Positions 8,098 to 18,323 of a DNA stretch of 64,000 bases are shown here, piece after piece. A model generated the notes under the pieces. The model was given only the letters and a program-made list of their open reading frames with translations, was not told where the DNA came from and did not search any database. The position numbers were made by a program, and so were the translations under genes. Source of the stretch: Escherichia phage AV122. Where the stretch lies: the sequence record OR352952.1; one strand, 5' to 3'. Position 1 is the first letter of the stretch, and the number at the start of each line of letters is the position of its first letter.

Positions 8098-9034
8098 ATT
8101 TAAATTGTTCTGTAACGTCTTCAACTACTTCGTATTGGCAGGTACGCATTTTAGCATCGTTGTAATCAATCGGAATTGATACTACATCGCGAGGATGAAC
8201 TTTAACTTTTACAACTCGGCTGGTTGAACTGCCAAAGTGACGAATATAAGATTTAGAACACACATGCAGACCGCGAGAACAAGTTTGTGTATCATCGTCA
8301 TTCACACGAGTACGTGGCATTTTAACTACTTTACCCGGACTGTTATCAAAGGTGTTTGAGTGACAGTCAAAGTAATTGCTGCGAACTACTTTCCAAGCAT
8401 AGAAGTAACCATCTTCGGTGATTTCAATATCGTTTGCTACCAAGAAATCAAAGAGTCGAGATACCGCTTTTTGGCTTGGGTTTTCCAGCAGATTTTCCAA
8501 GAACGGAAAATAAAATTCAAAGTTTTCACCTTTTTCCATCGAGTCAAGAATACGATCAACCAAACCAGACCGCAATTCAATATTTTGATAGAACAAGCTT
8601 CCACCTTCAATTCGAACATCGCCGGAAATATATTTTTCAACAGCACGACGAACATTAATTTTTTGTGCCGCTTCTTCCAGCTTATCCGCTACAAGCAGAT
8701 TAAGAATTTCCTGGAAGTTTGAATGAGTATTAGGAGTTGCGTTATAAGTTACACCGTCAACAGTAATTGAAATGAATTTTTTAGATGCATTCCAAATAAT
8801 GTCAGATTTAGCAACTGGAGCAATAACTGCATCGCTATTAACTTTAACTGTAATGTCACCGCTAATAGTAACTTTAGGGCGTTTAGCTTCTTCAGCATTT
8901 TTCAAAACACGACGGATTGTGTCAACCGATACATCCTTCCAATAAGCCAATTCCTGTTGAGTGTAATTACCGCTTGAATACAGTTTAACAATTTCAGCTT
9001 GTTCGTTTTTGGTCAGGCATTTAATATTGTACAT
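8096..9034 (-). CDS. rIIB: rIIB protein
   Basis: 312 aa (same as T4 rIIB), directly downstream of rIIA; ATG verified at 9034. Confidence 0.88.
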   Translation of the reverse strand: MYNIKCLTKNEQAEIVKLYSSGNYTQQELAYWKDVSVDTIRRVLKNAEEAKRPKVTISGDITVKVNSDAVIAPVAKSDIIWNASKKFISITVDGVTYNATPNTHSNFQEILNLLVADKLEEAAQKINVRRAVEKYISGDVRIEGGSLFYQNIELRSGLVDRILDSMEKGENFEFYFPFLENLLENPSQKAVSRLFDFLVANDIEITEDGYFYAWKVVRSNYFDCHSNTFDNSPGKVVKMPRTRVNDDDTQTCSRGLHVCSKSYIRHFGSSTSRVVKVKVHPRDVVSIPIDYNDAKMRTCQYEVVEDVTEQFK

Positions 9035-9045
9035 AATTTTCCTTA

Positions 9046-11223
9046 TTAGGCCGCAAGGGCCTTCATAGTTTTAGCGATTTGGGAAACTTCATCATCACTT
9101 AAAGAGTTGCGATAACCGATGAAGTCGGAAACAATACGGAATTTCTTGGTAAACTCAGCAACCATTTTATCACTATTTTTTGAAGCATTACGTGATAATT
9201 CATCAAAGAGATTAGTTACTGTCCAGATGTCATGACCGATGGTATCTTTTCCACCATTAAAATATACACCCTGTAATGAACTAACCATATTAGCGAGTCG
9301 TGTATATTCTTCAGAAACTTCATCTACACTGAAGTACTTCATCATAAAATCTAGCTCAGGATACTTGATAATTTTATCAATATATCGTTTAGCTGAACTT
9401 GAATAACCTACATACTTATCATAATCTACATCATCAAAAGCATCTACATATAAATCACGCAAAGCTTCAAAAATACATTGGCACTGACCGAGCTCTTTTA
9501 CCTTTTTCTGTAAAAGCGGACGAATAACATAAAATTCATTAATGCCAATAAGATTAGCCATACGAATCAAAATATTCATAGATGGATGACAAAGAGATGT
9601 AGTACCATCCATAGAGAAAATATCAGAACGATGCATATACGCTACATAACCAGTAATTTCATCTGCTTCTGATGTGAGCGTAAATAGTTCCTCTTTTTCC
9701 CAACGTCCGTCTTTAATTTCAAACTTAAATGCTGTAGCAGCTTTAGGACGAGGAGCTTTACTTTTAACTACCTTTGGAATATAACTTTTAACTAAAGCTT
9801 CAATTTCTGACAAATAATGAATGTTAACTTCATCACTTTCAAACATCGCCATAATATCAGGGAGTAAATCAATCTGCGATTCTACTTCTGGATTAATAAA
9901 CAGAAGACGCTCATTATGATGAATATTCAAAGTGTTATTAAATTCACTATCATCTAACGCACGTGCTAATCCACGAACAATATTAACACGATTTTTAATA
10001 TTATCAATAACGATATTAATTTTTGTTGTATTAATACCAAACAGACGATAACTTGATGCAACGGCTGAAGTTTCATGACTTTGCTTAATTCGCTTCAGTC
10101 GAGGGTCAAGATTTACTTCATACACAACTCCTGCATTACATAACTTACTGTCAGGCTCAAACATGCTCTGCATCTTTTTATATGACAGATTTTTAGTCGT
10201 GAATTTGACTGAATTACTAATCATATAATCTCGAGCAGAATATCCCATCTTCATCAATTCACGATATGTGTGACGAGGAGATGTAGATTCTTTAAATCGT
10301 TTTACATCTTCATTAAATGCTTTCTCACTGAGTTCTTTAACTCGTTCAATGATATTTTTACGAGTGCGATCATCTAATGAAAGAGCCTCGCGAGATGGAG
10401 CAATATCCAGTGAACCCATTGGAAACTTAATGTAATTCACTTCATTGCGAATGCTTAGCCAGTTACGGTCTCTAATAACACCATCGATAGGATAAACAAT
10501 ACCGCCATAGATAGCATATAATCCGCCGCGATCAGGCCAGTATCTTTCTGGATTTACACCGTAATAGTCATCAAAATCCGGAAAATAATCAATTTCGCGG
10601 TCAAGGCCATTAATGATAGCCAAATCTTTGAATGGTCGCATGATATAAGAAACTTCATAAGCAAAGTTTCTAAAGTCTTTTTCTTCAACTGGAACTACGA
10701 TTTCAATACCAGTTTTATCATCTGGACCCATTTCTTTTACGAATGTAGGTTTAATCTGTGGACCATCACCATCCATATAAGCTACATAACCACGAATTTC
10801 ACCTTTATGATACGAAGTAATACTAAATGTATCAGTATAACTAAACGGAGATTTAGAACCTAAACCAAATCCGCCAATGAAATCGTTAGATTCAGCCTTA
10901 GATGAACTAAAGTATGAATTATACAACCCAGGAGAATTATCATCACCTTGAATATCAAAATCGCTCATACCCGGACCAAAATCTCGACAAACAAATCGTG
11001 GATCTAAACGTCCAGGAACTTGTATGATAAATTTTTCAGGATTTCCATTGAGAGCATGGGCATCAATCATGTTGGTAATCAATTCACGGACTACTGCGCG
11101 AATTTTGTTTGTATACAAATCAGATGACAGAATTTTAAATACTTTAGGAGATGCTGTGATGCTAAATGCTTTTGATTTAGAACCATTACCAAGAATTGTT
11201 TCTTTTTCAGTGGTGATAATCAT
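9046..11223 (-). CDS. rIIA: rIIA protein (HATPase_c-like N-terminal domain)
   Basis: 725 aa (same as T4 rIIA); GHKL-type ATPase motifs ([21 protein letters not shown]) in N-terminus. Confidence 0.9.
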   Translation of the reverse strand: MIITTEKETILGNGSKSKAFSITASPKVFKILSSDLYTNKIRAVVRELITNMIDAHALNGNPEKFIIQVPGRLDPRFVCRDFGPGMSDFDIQGDDNSPGLYNSYFSSSKAESNDFIGGFGLGSKSPFSYTDTFSITSYHKGEIRGYVAYMDGDGPQIKPTFVKEMGPDDKTGIEIVVPVEEKDFRNFAYEVSYIMRPFKDLAIINGLDREIDYFPDFDDYYGVNPERYWPDRGGLYAIYGGIVYPIDGVIRDRNWLSIRNEVNYIKFPMGSLDIAPSREALSLDDRTRKNIIERVKELSEKAFNEDVKRFKESTSPRHTYRELMKMGYSARDYMISNSVKFTTKNLSYKKMQSMFEPDSKLCNAGVVYEVNLDPRLKRIKQSHETSAVASSYRLFGINTTKINIVIDNIKNRVNIVRGLARALDDSEFNNTLNIHHNERLLFINPEVESQIDLLPDIMAMFESDEVNIHYLSEIEALVKSYIPKVVKSKAPRPKAATAFKFEIKDGRWEKEELFTLTSEADEITGYVAYMHRSDIFSMDGTTSLCHPSMNILIRMANLIGINEFYVIRPLLQKKVKELGQCQCIFEALRDLYVDAFDDVDYDKYVGYSSSAKRYIDKIIKYPELDFMMKYFSVDEVSEEYTRLANMVSSLQGVYFNGGKDTIGHDIWTVTNLFDELSRNASKNSDKMVAEFTKKFRIVSDFIGYRNSLSDDEVSQIAKTMKALAA
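9048..9062 (-). other. GC-rich hairpin in rIIA-rIIB junction
   Basis: aggcc-gcaag-ggcct inverted repeat between rIIA stop and rIIB start. Confidence 0.35.
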
Positions 11224-11233
11224 AATTTCCTCA

Positions 11234-11437
11234 TTAATTCATATTACGCTTAATAACTTCAGCAACTTCTAGTAGTTCATCTTTAGTTGCAGTGTCGGAT
11301 TGAATTTTATCTCTAATATCCTTAAAGCGGTTTTTAAATTCTTCGGCTTCTCCCATATCGAAAAAGCGTTGAATGATTCTATATTCTCGATGAACTGCTT
11401 TATCAAAAAGTTCTAAATTTACTTTATATGATTTCAT
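11234..11437 (-). CDS. hypothetical protein rIIA.1-like
   Basis: 67-aa ORF between gene 39 and rIIA. Confidence 0.6.
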   Translation of the reverse strand: MKSYKVNLELFDKAVHREYRIIQRFFDMGEAEEFKNRFKDIRDKIQSDTATKDELLEVAEVIKRNMN

Positions 11438-11462
11438 TTCAATATCCTCATTTGCCCAATTA

Positions 11463-11492
11463 ATTATACCACATCCTTGTGGTAAAGTAAAC
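11463..11492 (-). promoter_or_regulatory. T4-type early promoter
   Basis: GTTTAC (11487-11492), 18-bp spacer, consensus -10 TATAAT (11463-11468); 28/30 identical to the promoter at 56988-57017. Confidence 0.6.
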
Positions 11493-13309
11493 TACTGACT
11501 CATCCATTCTTTGCGAAGGTCAGCATTATCTCCCATGAGCATTTCAAAAAGCTCTTTCCAATTCTCAGGAAGTTTAACAACATCATATACTGGGTTTTGA
11601 ATCATCTCACGATATTCAGATTTTTCCAAAGAGCCAAGTCCCTTAATATAACGGATGCTATGTTTAGGTAGAGCATCTTTGGCACTCTCATATTCAGCGA
11701 CTGTATAAAACCATTCTTGTTTTTTACCGACCTGAGCGATGATTACAGGAGTTTTGACGAAACGAATTCTTCCTTGTTCAAACAGTTCTGGCCAATTACT
11801 AAAAAATCCGAGCAGAGAAGGATAAATGCTCCCTAGACCATCATGGTCAGCATCAGTCATAATAGCAATATTATGATAATTCAAGTTTTCAGCTTTTTCA
11901 CCAAGAACTAATCCAGTGATTGCGCAAATGTCAAACAGTTCTTTGTTTTTAAGCATATCGGCATATGACATACCCCAACTGTTGAGAACTTTACCACGCA
12001 ATGGATAACCACCATGAAGTTCTTTATCACGAACATCAATAAGATATCCGATAGCAGAATCACCCTCAGTCAAGAAAAGAGTAGTGTCAGCGTCTTTACC
12101 ACAAAGATTCGCTTTAATATGTTTATGAACCTTAGCTTTAGAAGCCTTTTTAGCTGCTTTAGTTTCTGCTGCTTTTTCTGCCGCCAATTTACGAGCCAAG
12201 GCAGCTTCAATAATTGGCATCAGAATTGCTTCATTATTTAGAATAGCGCGTGAAATCTTTTTAGCGTCAAGTTGAATATGACTACGAATTTCGCCAAATG
12301 GAGAAGTCAAACGCTCTTTAGTTTGAGAATCAAATCGCATGTTTTTCATATCACGAACAAACATAACGATAGTCAAACATTCTTTAACACGCGCTTTAGT
12401 TACATCAATTTTGAACTTACGTTTGATTTGTGGAATAAGGTCTTCACAAATATCATCCATAACACAGTCAATGTGATGGCCACCATTCTTAGTATGAATG
12501 TTATTGACGTATGTTAATTGACGAAAACCATCCGGTGAACGACCAACCGCAATAGAACAATTTTCTTGTTCTTGAACAATAGCATGCTCATCATATTGGC
12601 GTGCATATTTCTTAAAATTACCCTGAACCTTTTTACCATTAAAGGTAAATTGAATATCAGGATAAACTACTGCAAGTGTCTGGAGGCGATCTAATGTAAT
12701 GTCAAGATAAACTTGAGATAGCTCATTAGTTTCAAATGACATAAAATCAGGAATGAAAGTAACACGTGTTCCTTTCCATTTTCCAGGAATAGTTTCCCAT
12801 GATTTATTTTCCATGCCATTTGAACAACGAACTACAATATTATTTTGACCGTCGCCAGTTTCACCGACAAACATCACAGAAAAAATGTTTGTCAAACTAG
12901 AACCAACACCGTTCATACCGCCGGTGACGCGTTCTTTATCATCACCGAAGTTACCACCTGCTTTTGGAATAGTCCACGCAGCAACAGGACCAGGAATTTC
13001 TTCACCTGTAGGTGTTTTAACCATCGCCTGTGGAATACCACGACCGTTATCTTCAACTGTTACTTGATTGTTTTTAATAGTAACATTAATTTTATTTGCG
13101 AATTTAAACTTAGTACGAATACCTTCATCTACTGAGTTATCGATAATTTCATCAATAAGCTTAACAAGACCAGGTACATACTGAACACTTTCCCATTTAC
13201 CAAACAGAAAGCGCTCATGCATTTCATTAGCAGAAGAGCCAATGTACATGCCGCTACGCTTTTTGATATGTTCAATATCGCTCAGAATTTTAATTTCATT
13301 CTTAATCAT
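11492..13309 (-). CDS. 39: DNA topoisomerase II large subunit (GyrB-like ATPase), uninterrupted
   Basis: 605 aa from ATG 13309 (track start is GTG one codon upstream); GHKL ATPase plus TOPRIM in one continuous frame. Confidence 0.9.
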   Translation of the reverse strand: MIKNEIKILSDIEHIKKRSGMYIGSSANEMHERFLFGKWESVQYVPGLVKLIDEIIDNSVDEGIRTKFKFANKINVTIKNNQVTVEDNGRGIPQAMVKTPTGEEIPGPVAAWTIPKAGGNFGDDKERVTGGMNGVGSSLTNIFSVMFVGETGDGQNNIVVRCSNGMENKSWETIPGKWKGTRVTFIPDFMSFETNELSQVYLDITLDRLQTLAVVYPDIQFTFNGKKVQGNFKKYARQYDEHAIVQEQENCSIAVGRSPDGFRQLTYVNNIHTKNGGHHIDCVMDDICEDLIPQIKRKFKIDVTKARVKECLTIVMFVRDMKNMRFDSQTKERLTSPFGEIRSHIQLDAKKISRAILNNEAILMPIIEAALARKLAAEKAAETKAAKKASKAKVHKHIKANLCGKDADTTLFLTEGDSAIGYLIDVRDKELHGGYPLRGKVLNSWGMSYADMLKNKELFDICAITGLVLGEKAENLNYHNIAIMTDADHDGLGSIYPSLLGFFSNWPELFEQGRIRFVKTPVIIAQVGKKQEWFYTVAEYESAKDALPKHSIRYIKGLGSLEKSEYREMIQNPVYDVVKLPENWKELFEMLMGDNADLRKEWMSQ

Positions 13310-13363
13310 CACTTATCCTCGTTTGGTTTCGGGAATATTATACTCCAATAATCATAAAGCTAG

Positions 13364-13377
13364 AGGCCCGAAGGCCT
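13364..13377 (-). other. CUUCGG-tetraloop hairpin
   Basis: aggcc-cgaa-ggcct just upstream of gene 39 start. Confidence 0.4.
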
Positions 13378-13378
13378 T

Positions 13379-13648
13379 TTATTTAAAACGAATAGTCGAA
13401 TCCTTGAAGAATAGTCCAGAACATACTGTTCCTTCTACTTTCTGCCCAGTAGGTCCAATAGCACGAAATCCAGTATGCTGGAAATCATTTTCAGAGCAAC
13501 CGAACCAATTATATCCAGTGATTTCAATATTAGTAAAACCACTTGAAGACAAAACTTTGGTTGCATTATCAGCATCAGTACATCCTATTAAAGACACTGC
13601 TAATACTAATGCTGCAATAGAACGATTAATATATTTCATAATTTTCAC
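13379..13648 (-). CDS. putative lipoprotein
   Basis: 89 aa; signal peptide with lipobox (LAVSLIGC). Confidence 0.6.
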   Translation of the reverse strand: MKIMKYINRSIAALVLAVSLIGCTDADNATKVLSSSGFTNIEITGYNWFGCSENDFQHTGFRAIGPTGQKVEGTVCSGLFFKDSTIRFK

Positions 13649-14016
13649 TTAAATTTAATGGCTTGAAGAAGACTAATAATTCTTAAACGGCTTCTTTCAT
13701 CTTTAACTGTAAAGGAAAGAGGGTCGCCAGATTTCATGGTAATAGTGCATTCAAAATCAAAATCTTCTGTGACTTCTTCGAAGAAGTCAAATTCTTCAGC
13801 ATAAATTAGAACATTACTCTGACAACTATGAAGAATTTTTCCATCATTTCCAGATGCTGTACTAATCATTGTAACATTATGACCTTTCATATCTTCAACG
13901 ATAAATTCACTAGTCAATATTACAGCATTAATAGAACTATTCCTATTACTAGCAGAAAGTAGATATTTCTGTTCTTCACCTTCACGAATGCGATATTTCT
14001 TACCGATTTTAAACAT
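13645..14016 (-). CDS. hypothetical protein
   Basis: 123-aa ORF, 4-nt overlap with downstream gene. Confidence 0.6.
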   Translation of the reverse strand: MFKIGKKYRIREGEEQKYLLSASNRNSSINAVILTSEFIVEDMKGHNVTMISTASGNDGKILHSCQSNVLIYAEEFDFFEEVTEDFDFECTITMKSGDPLSFTVKDERSRLRIISLLQAIKFK

Positions 14017-14018
14017 AA

Positions 14019-14195
14019 TTACCCTTTAAGTAAGTCGTAAAATCCACCATTCACATGCTTAGGAGCAGAAGGCCGACGAGTAGACAAACGATGACATTTA
14101 GGGCAAACATCATTTTCTCGTTCAGAAATCTTTTTAATTTTTTCATATTCATGCCCGCAATCTTTAGATTGGCATTTATAATCATACATCGGCAT
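14019..14195 (-). CDS. zinc-ribbon micro-protein (58 aa)
   Basis: Not in ORF track. MPMYDYKCQSKDCGHEYEKIKKISERENDVCPKCHRL...; two CxxC pairs. Confidence 0.45.
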   Translation of the reverse strand: MPMYDYKCQSKDCGHEYEKIKKISERENDVCPKCHRLSTRRPSAPKHVNGGFYDLLKG

Positions 14196-14197
14196 AA

Positions 14198-14623
14198 TTA
14201 TTCCTTAAAATGTGCTTTCAACATCTGATACAAGGACCATGCCTGTTCATTATTTTCAATAGTAACTTTCATGACCGGGAATTCTGTGAAATCTTCTATC
14301 TGTTCTTGCTCTTTCTCTTCCTGCTCTTGCTCTTCGGCTGCCTGGTATGGATTTTCCACTTCATTAAAGAACTCAGCTTCGCTCGCTGAAAGCCAGATAA
14401 AATCTTCATCCAAAATATCTTTACCAGAAGATAACGCCAATTTTCCACTAGATGTCACAAGTTTAGTAGGACGACCAAGATAGTCAATATCTGTAACTCT
14501 AAAAGGTTCCATACCTAAACGTCGTGCATAAATTCCGTTTTCAGTATGATATTTAATAAATTTTTCTTGAGCTTGTTTATTTTTAAATTGATACCATTTA
14601 TTAACTTCAAATTTAATAGCCAT
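14198..14623 (-). CDS. hypothetical acidic protein; goF-like by size and position
   Basis: 141 aa with poly-Glu tract ([12 protein letters not shown]); T4 goF is 141 aa in the equivalent slot. Assignment tentative. Confidence 0.4.
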   Translation of the reverse strand: MAIKFEVNKWYQFKNKQAQEKFIKYHTENGIYARRLGMEPFRVTDIDYLGRPTKLVTSSGKLALSSGKDILDEDFIWLSASEAEFFNEVENPYQAAEEQEQEEKEQEQIEDFTEFPVMKVTIENNEQAWSLYQMLKAHFKE

Positions 14624-14838
14624 TAATAAATTTCCTTCCAGTAAGTTGTTCCATCTTCAGTAATTTCACGAAATACACCGTAAATTGGTTGTTTATCACC
14701 GACTTTCTCATACACATAAACTGAAGTCAAGTGAGTAAACTTGACAGTGTGTTCCTTTTGAACTACTACCAAATTTGGATCAAATAATACATCTTCAAAT
14801 TCATCATTAGTGCAGTTCTGAACAATTTTACGTTTCAT
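14623..14838 (-). CDS. hypothetical protein; cef-like by size and position
   Basis: 71-aa ORF; T4 cef is 71 aa at this relative position. Tentative. Confidence 0.4.
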   Translation of the reverse strand: MKRKIVQNCTNDEFEDVLFDPNLVVVQKEHTVKFTHLTSVYVYEKVGDKQPIYGVFREITEDGTTYWKEIY

Positions 14839-14851
14839 TACAATTTCCTCA

Positions 14852-15121
14852 TTAATTGAACAGTGGAGCGATGCGTTTCAGAAGAGTAGCAGCACCTTTG
14901 GCAAATTTTACATCATGAAAAACAGTTTCTTCTTCCGTTACAACACGAGCTTTAATGTTTTCACAATCCCAATTTTTGCGAACAATCTTCAAAAGCTGCA
15001 GTAAATCTTTACATTCAGCAATATCGATAACACATCCACGAGAATCTTCCATTATCGCACGATAACCGTAAGCCATACCATAATCATTGAAAGATTGCTC
15101 GATGATAATTAAATTTTCCAT
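14852..15121 (-). CDS. hypothetical protein (89 aa)
   Basis: Trimmed to ATG 15121 with SD GGAGAA; the upstream part of the track ORF overlaps a promoter-like element. Confidence 0.5.
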   Translation of the reverse strand: MENLIIIEQSFNDYGMAYGYRAIMEDSRGCVIDIAECKDLLQLLKIVRKNWDCENIKARVVTEEETVFHDVKFAKGAATLLKRIAPLFN

Positions 15122-15162
15122 TTTATTCTCCAAGTTTTTCTGTATCAGTAGTTGATATTGAT

Positions 15163-15192
15163 ATAGTACCATAATCAACTACTGATGTATAT
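15163..15192 (-). promoter_or_regulatory. promoter-like element (T4 early type, degenerate -35)
   Basis: GG-TACTAT -10 context identical to other copies, but -35 is ATATAC rather than GTTTAC. Confidence 0.3.
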
Positions 15193-15217
15193 AGTTTTAT
15201 GAAAAAAATTTTAAACT

Positions 15218-15709
15218 TTATGCATAGCGAGCTTTGCTGTAGTGTTTAATCCAACTTTCAGGAATGACTTTGTATGTTCCTAAAAATACCGCGTTGTATA
15301 ACTTAACGCCATCTTCTACCCATTGATCAGTAATGTATGCACACATAGCGCGAGTACGGTTAACAACACCTTCCTCACCTTCAGTAAATTCAAACTCATA
15401 AGGAGCAACGAACTTGATAGCTTGACCGAGTTTCCACTTAAAGTCTACACCTACATGCGAAGTATCAATCGTTTCAATTCCTTTAGCGGGAACAGCTTTT
15501 AAAAACGCAGACTCAAGAAATTTCGCACGAACATAGCCAAACTGGGGTTTAGACTTTCCATCTTTAGGAATGATACGCACTTTTACTTCAGAATCTTCAT
15601 CTTTAACACCGTGTTTAAGCTGAATGCTTACAACTTCAACCAATTTTCCTGCTGCTTTAGAACGGGATTTATCAGATACACGAGCAATTTCACCGATATT
15701 AATAATCAT
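15218..15709 (-). CDS. hypothetical protein, paralog of 15786-16328 (motB-region)
   Basis: 163 aa; C-terminus ITDQWVEDGVKLYNAVFLGTYKVIP aligns with VTDQWIEDGVELLNVVHAGDFSVVP of the upstream ORF. Confidence 0.55.
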   Translation of the reverse strand: MIINIGEIARVSDKSRSKAAGKLVEVVSIQLKHGVKDEDSEVKVRIIPKDGKSKPQFGYVRAKFLESAFLKAVPAKGIETIDTSHVGVDFKWKLGQAIKFVAPYEFEFTEGEEGVVNRTRAMCAYITDQWVEDGVKLYNAVFLGTYKVIPESWIKHYSKARYA

Positions 15710-15753
15710 AGTTATCTCTCACTTGTTAAAAAGATTTTATACTCCACGGGACC

Positions 15754-15783
15754 ATTATACTCTGGTCCCAAGAGTTTGTAAAC
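15754..15783 (-). promoter_or_regulatory. T4-type early promoter
   Basis: GTTTAC (15778-15783), 18-bp spacer, TATAAT (15754-15759). Confidence 0.55.
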
Positions 15784-15785
15784 TA

Positions 15786-16328
15786 TTAATTCAAAATAGC
15801 TACCACTGCACTACGAGGTACTACGCTAAAATCACCTGCATGAACAACGTTCAGAAGTTCAACACCATCTTCAATCCACTGGTCTGTTACCCAACCACAG
15901 ACCGAAATAAATGGGGTCTTGATAGCTACTGCACGAGTCAAAAGGTCAGTAGGATCAACTTCTTGGAAGAGGATAATCTCTGCTTCAAAGACTATAGTTT
16001 TAATTACTTCATCATTATCTAAGCGATGTGCTCGAATCACGTAAGCTTTATTCTTATCATGCCAATTACTTTTTGAAAAACTTTTAACCACAAACTCACC
16101 TTCACCAAAAACACTGGTCAATGCTTTATAACCCAAATTTAGTTCAGTAGTTTTAATTTCAGTTTCAACCAGTTTGTAGGTTTTGCCAGTTTCGATGGTC
16201 CGAGCAGTCATAAATGTTTCCTTAATTTCTAATGGTTTAACAAGAGTGCCGTACATGCTTGCTATATCCATATCAAACGGTTTATCTACAGGATTCGGTG
16301 TGTATTCAGGATTATAATTAAATTTCAT
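15786..16328 (-). CDS. hypothetical protein, paralog of 15218-15709
   Basis: 180 aa; shared C-terminal domain with downstream ORF. Confidence 0.55.
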   Translation of the reverse strand: MKFNYNPEYTPNPVDKPFDMDIASMYGTLVKPLEIKETFMTARTIETGKTYKLVETEIKTTELNLGYKALTSVFGEGEFVVKSFSKSNWHDKNKAYVIRAHRLDNDEVIKTIVFEAEIILFQEVDPTDLLTRAVAIKTPFISVCGWVTDQWIEDGVELLNVVHAGDFSVVPRSAVVAILN

Positions 16329-16330
16329 AA

Positions 16331-16843
16331 TTATCTCATTTCAATAAAATCTACAAGTTCAGCATGGGATTTACGGAACATTACTTGATGCCCACCAATG
16401 ATAACTTGGTCATCTGGCACTTCATAAATCGCAATGTACATTCCACGATCTTTTAAGTCTTCACGCTCTTCTCGGGTGAACCATCTCATCATATCATATT
16501 CAGTAGCGAAAGCAAAATGATATAATGCAATAAACCACAATGGAATATAATTTTCAATTCGTGAATAATCTTTATTCCATTTAGTTTTAATAGCATCATT
16601 AGCATTTTCAACTAATAACTTATCATCGTGCGGAATAGGAATACTTTCATGACTTTCATAATTATCGCTATGATGATGAAATGACGATGAATTAATACCG
16701 CAAAATTTTAGCCAAGTTCGAGTTTTCATAGAATCAAATCCACGATAAGGAGTTGATTGAACGCATAACTCTTGCCTAATTTTCATTATACCACTATCAT
16801 CATTTAATGCGCTAAACGATGATTCAACACGATAAATTTTCAT
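16331..16843 (-). CDS. hypothetical protein (170 aa)
   Basis: Trimmed to ATG 16843 (MKIYRVESS...) downstream of promoter; His-rich stretch SSFHHHSDNYESHE. Confidence 0.55.
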   Translation of the reverse strand: MKIYRVESSFSALNDDSGIMKIRQELCVQSTPYRGFDSMKTRTWLKFCGINSSSFHHHSDNYESHESIPIPHDDKLLVENANDAIKTKWNKDYSRIENYIPLWFIALYHFAFATEYDMMRWFTREEREDLKDRGMYIAIYEVPDDQVIIGGHQVMFRKSHAELVDFIEMR

Positions 16844-16870
16844 TTTATTATCCTCAGTAGCTATGGTGTT

Positions 16871-16900
16871 ATAATACCACAACTGACCGAGGAAGTAAAC
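16871..16900 (-). promoter_or_regulatory. T4-type early promoter
   Basis: GTTTAC (16895-16900), 18-bp spacer, TATTAT (16871-16876). Confidence 0.55.
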
Positions 16901-16906
16901 AACTTT

Positions 16907-17590
16907 TTATCGTTTTGTTGGAAGAGATAGAGGATCGCACTCTTCCTCTGACGGAGCATCTTCAAGACCCATAGCATAGCGCAAAGCATACTTCATCATC
17001 AGGATGTCTTTCGCACAGTCATGAATAGAATCATGCGCAACGAATCCATCTAAGGTTCCCTTTGGAAGAGGACATGTTGTCATATCACGAACAAGCAGAA
17101 GTGCTTCAATTCTAGTACGAATATCACGCTGATTCCAGAATTTACATGGTTCTAACTTAAATGTATCAAGCTCATTCTCGGAAACGCCGTTAAGACGTTG
17201 AATATCGCGAATGAGATCGACTAAAATTGGAAAATCAAACGACATTCCACGGCACCAGCCTTGAGATTTCCAAGGATCGATATTATGCGCATTGATGTAA
17301 TCATTAAATTTTGCAATACCATCGATAGTGCTTACATCTTCATCGGATGGTGCAATATTTTTTCGAGCTTCAGGAGACTGATTTTTCCACCATTCGATAA
17401 TGCTTTTAGTAAAAAGACGATGTCCTTTTTGGCTTTTTAAATCAAATTTGATTTTAATGCCACGTGAAACTAGTTCATCGAATGATTCAACTACTTCTGG
17501 ATTAGGGTCAAAAGCAATTACAGCCAAATCAATAACAGCTGCTTTTTCACCGCTTCCCATTGTTTCAAAATCTATAATAAAATCAAACAT
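16907..17590 (-). CDS. dexA: exonuclease A (DnaQ-like 3'-5' exonuclease)
   Basis: 227 aa, MFDFIIDFETMGSG... (DEDD exonuclease motif I); matches T4 DexA length and N-terminus as recalled. Confidence 0.88.
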   Translation of the reverse strand: MFDFIIDFETMGSGEKAAVIDLAVIAFDPNPEVVESFDELVSRGIKIKFDLKSQKGHRLFTKSIIEWWKNQSPEARKNIAPSDEDVSTIDGIAKFNDYINAHNIDPWKSQGWCRGMSFDFPILVDLIRDIQRLNGVSENELDTFKLEPCKFWNQRDIRTRIEALLLVRDMTTCPLPKGTLDGFVAHDSIHDCAKDILMMKYALRYAMGLEDAPSEEECDPLSLPTKR

Positions 17591-17847
17591 TAAATTTTCC
17601 TCGCTAAATCACGAATTTGGCCTACAGTATAGTCTTGAATATAAACTTTATTAATAGGCTCATCAATAAATTTTGCCATAGATTCAATATCTTTTTGCAT
17701 CTCTTCAAGACTGTATACTATCTTTAAAGCTTTTTCGCGAATAGTAACATTATCAGGTCCTGAATTTTCTTGAATGACAGCTTTAACATTTGCCATAAGA
17801 GATTTAAACTGGTACCAACTCAACTCAATCATTAATAATCGCCTCAT
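17590..17847 (-). CDS. hypothetical 85-aa protein, member of tandem paralog trio
   Basis: Similar length and sequence pattern to 17825-18085 (MRRLL.../MRKLF..., LEEMQKDIE/LEEIERDLI). Confidence 0.55.
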   Translation of the reverse strand: MRRLLMIELSWYQFKSLMANVKAVIQENSGPDNVTIREKALKIVYSLEEMQKDIESMAKFIDEPINKVYIQDYTVGQIRDLARKI

Positions 17848-18085
17848 AAAGATAGCTAATTTCGCCTAAAACGTAATCATTGATTGTAACAGTTTTCACT
17901 TCACCACAAAAGAATTCTAACGCAATTAAATCTCGTTCAATTTCTTCTAATTGAAGCATCAACTTACTAGATTCAATTTTTACAGTTTCACGATTTTTAC
18001 CATGAGCAATTTCATAAATTTCGCTAACTTTATCCTGAAGAAGATAAAACTGATCTTTAGTTATTTCCACGAATAGCTTCCTCAA
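17825..18085 (-). CDS. hypothetical 86-aa protein, member of tandem paralog trio
   Basis: See 17590-17847. Confidence 0.55.
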   Translation of the reverse strand: MRKLFVEITKDQFYLLQDKVSEIYEIAHGKNRETVKIESSKLMLQLEEIERDLIALEFFCGEVKTVTINDYVLGEISYLYEAIIND

Positions 18086-18317
18086 ATTTAATTAGTAATT
18101 TACAGACACTTTCATCTAGTGTAATTACCGTATCTGTATTACTGTGATATGATTGTTTTTCAATTCGTTTAATTGCTAATATAGTATCACTTATAAGATA
18201 AAGCTTGTGAAGGAGCTCAGCTCCTGTTACCATAACATCGAGATTATCTTGCTTATTAGTATGCTTCCTTATACCATCTATTAGACGATTTAAATATTTT
18301 GAATTGATGTTAATCAT
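18057..18317 (-). CDS. hypothetical 86-aa protein, possible third paralog
   Basis: Same length class and helical pattern; weaker similarity. Confidence 0.5.
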   Translation of the reverse strand: MININSKYLNRLIDGIRKHTNKQDNLDVMVTGAELLHKLYLISDTILAIKRIEKQSYHSNTDTVITLDESVCKLLIKFEEAIRGNN

Positions 18318-18323
18318 ATAGCC

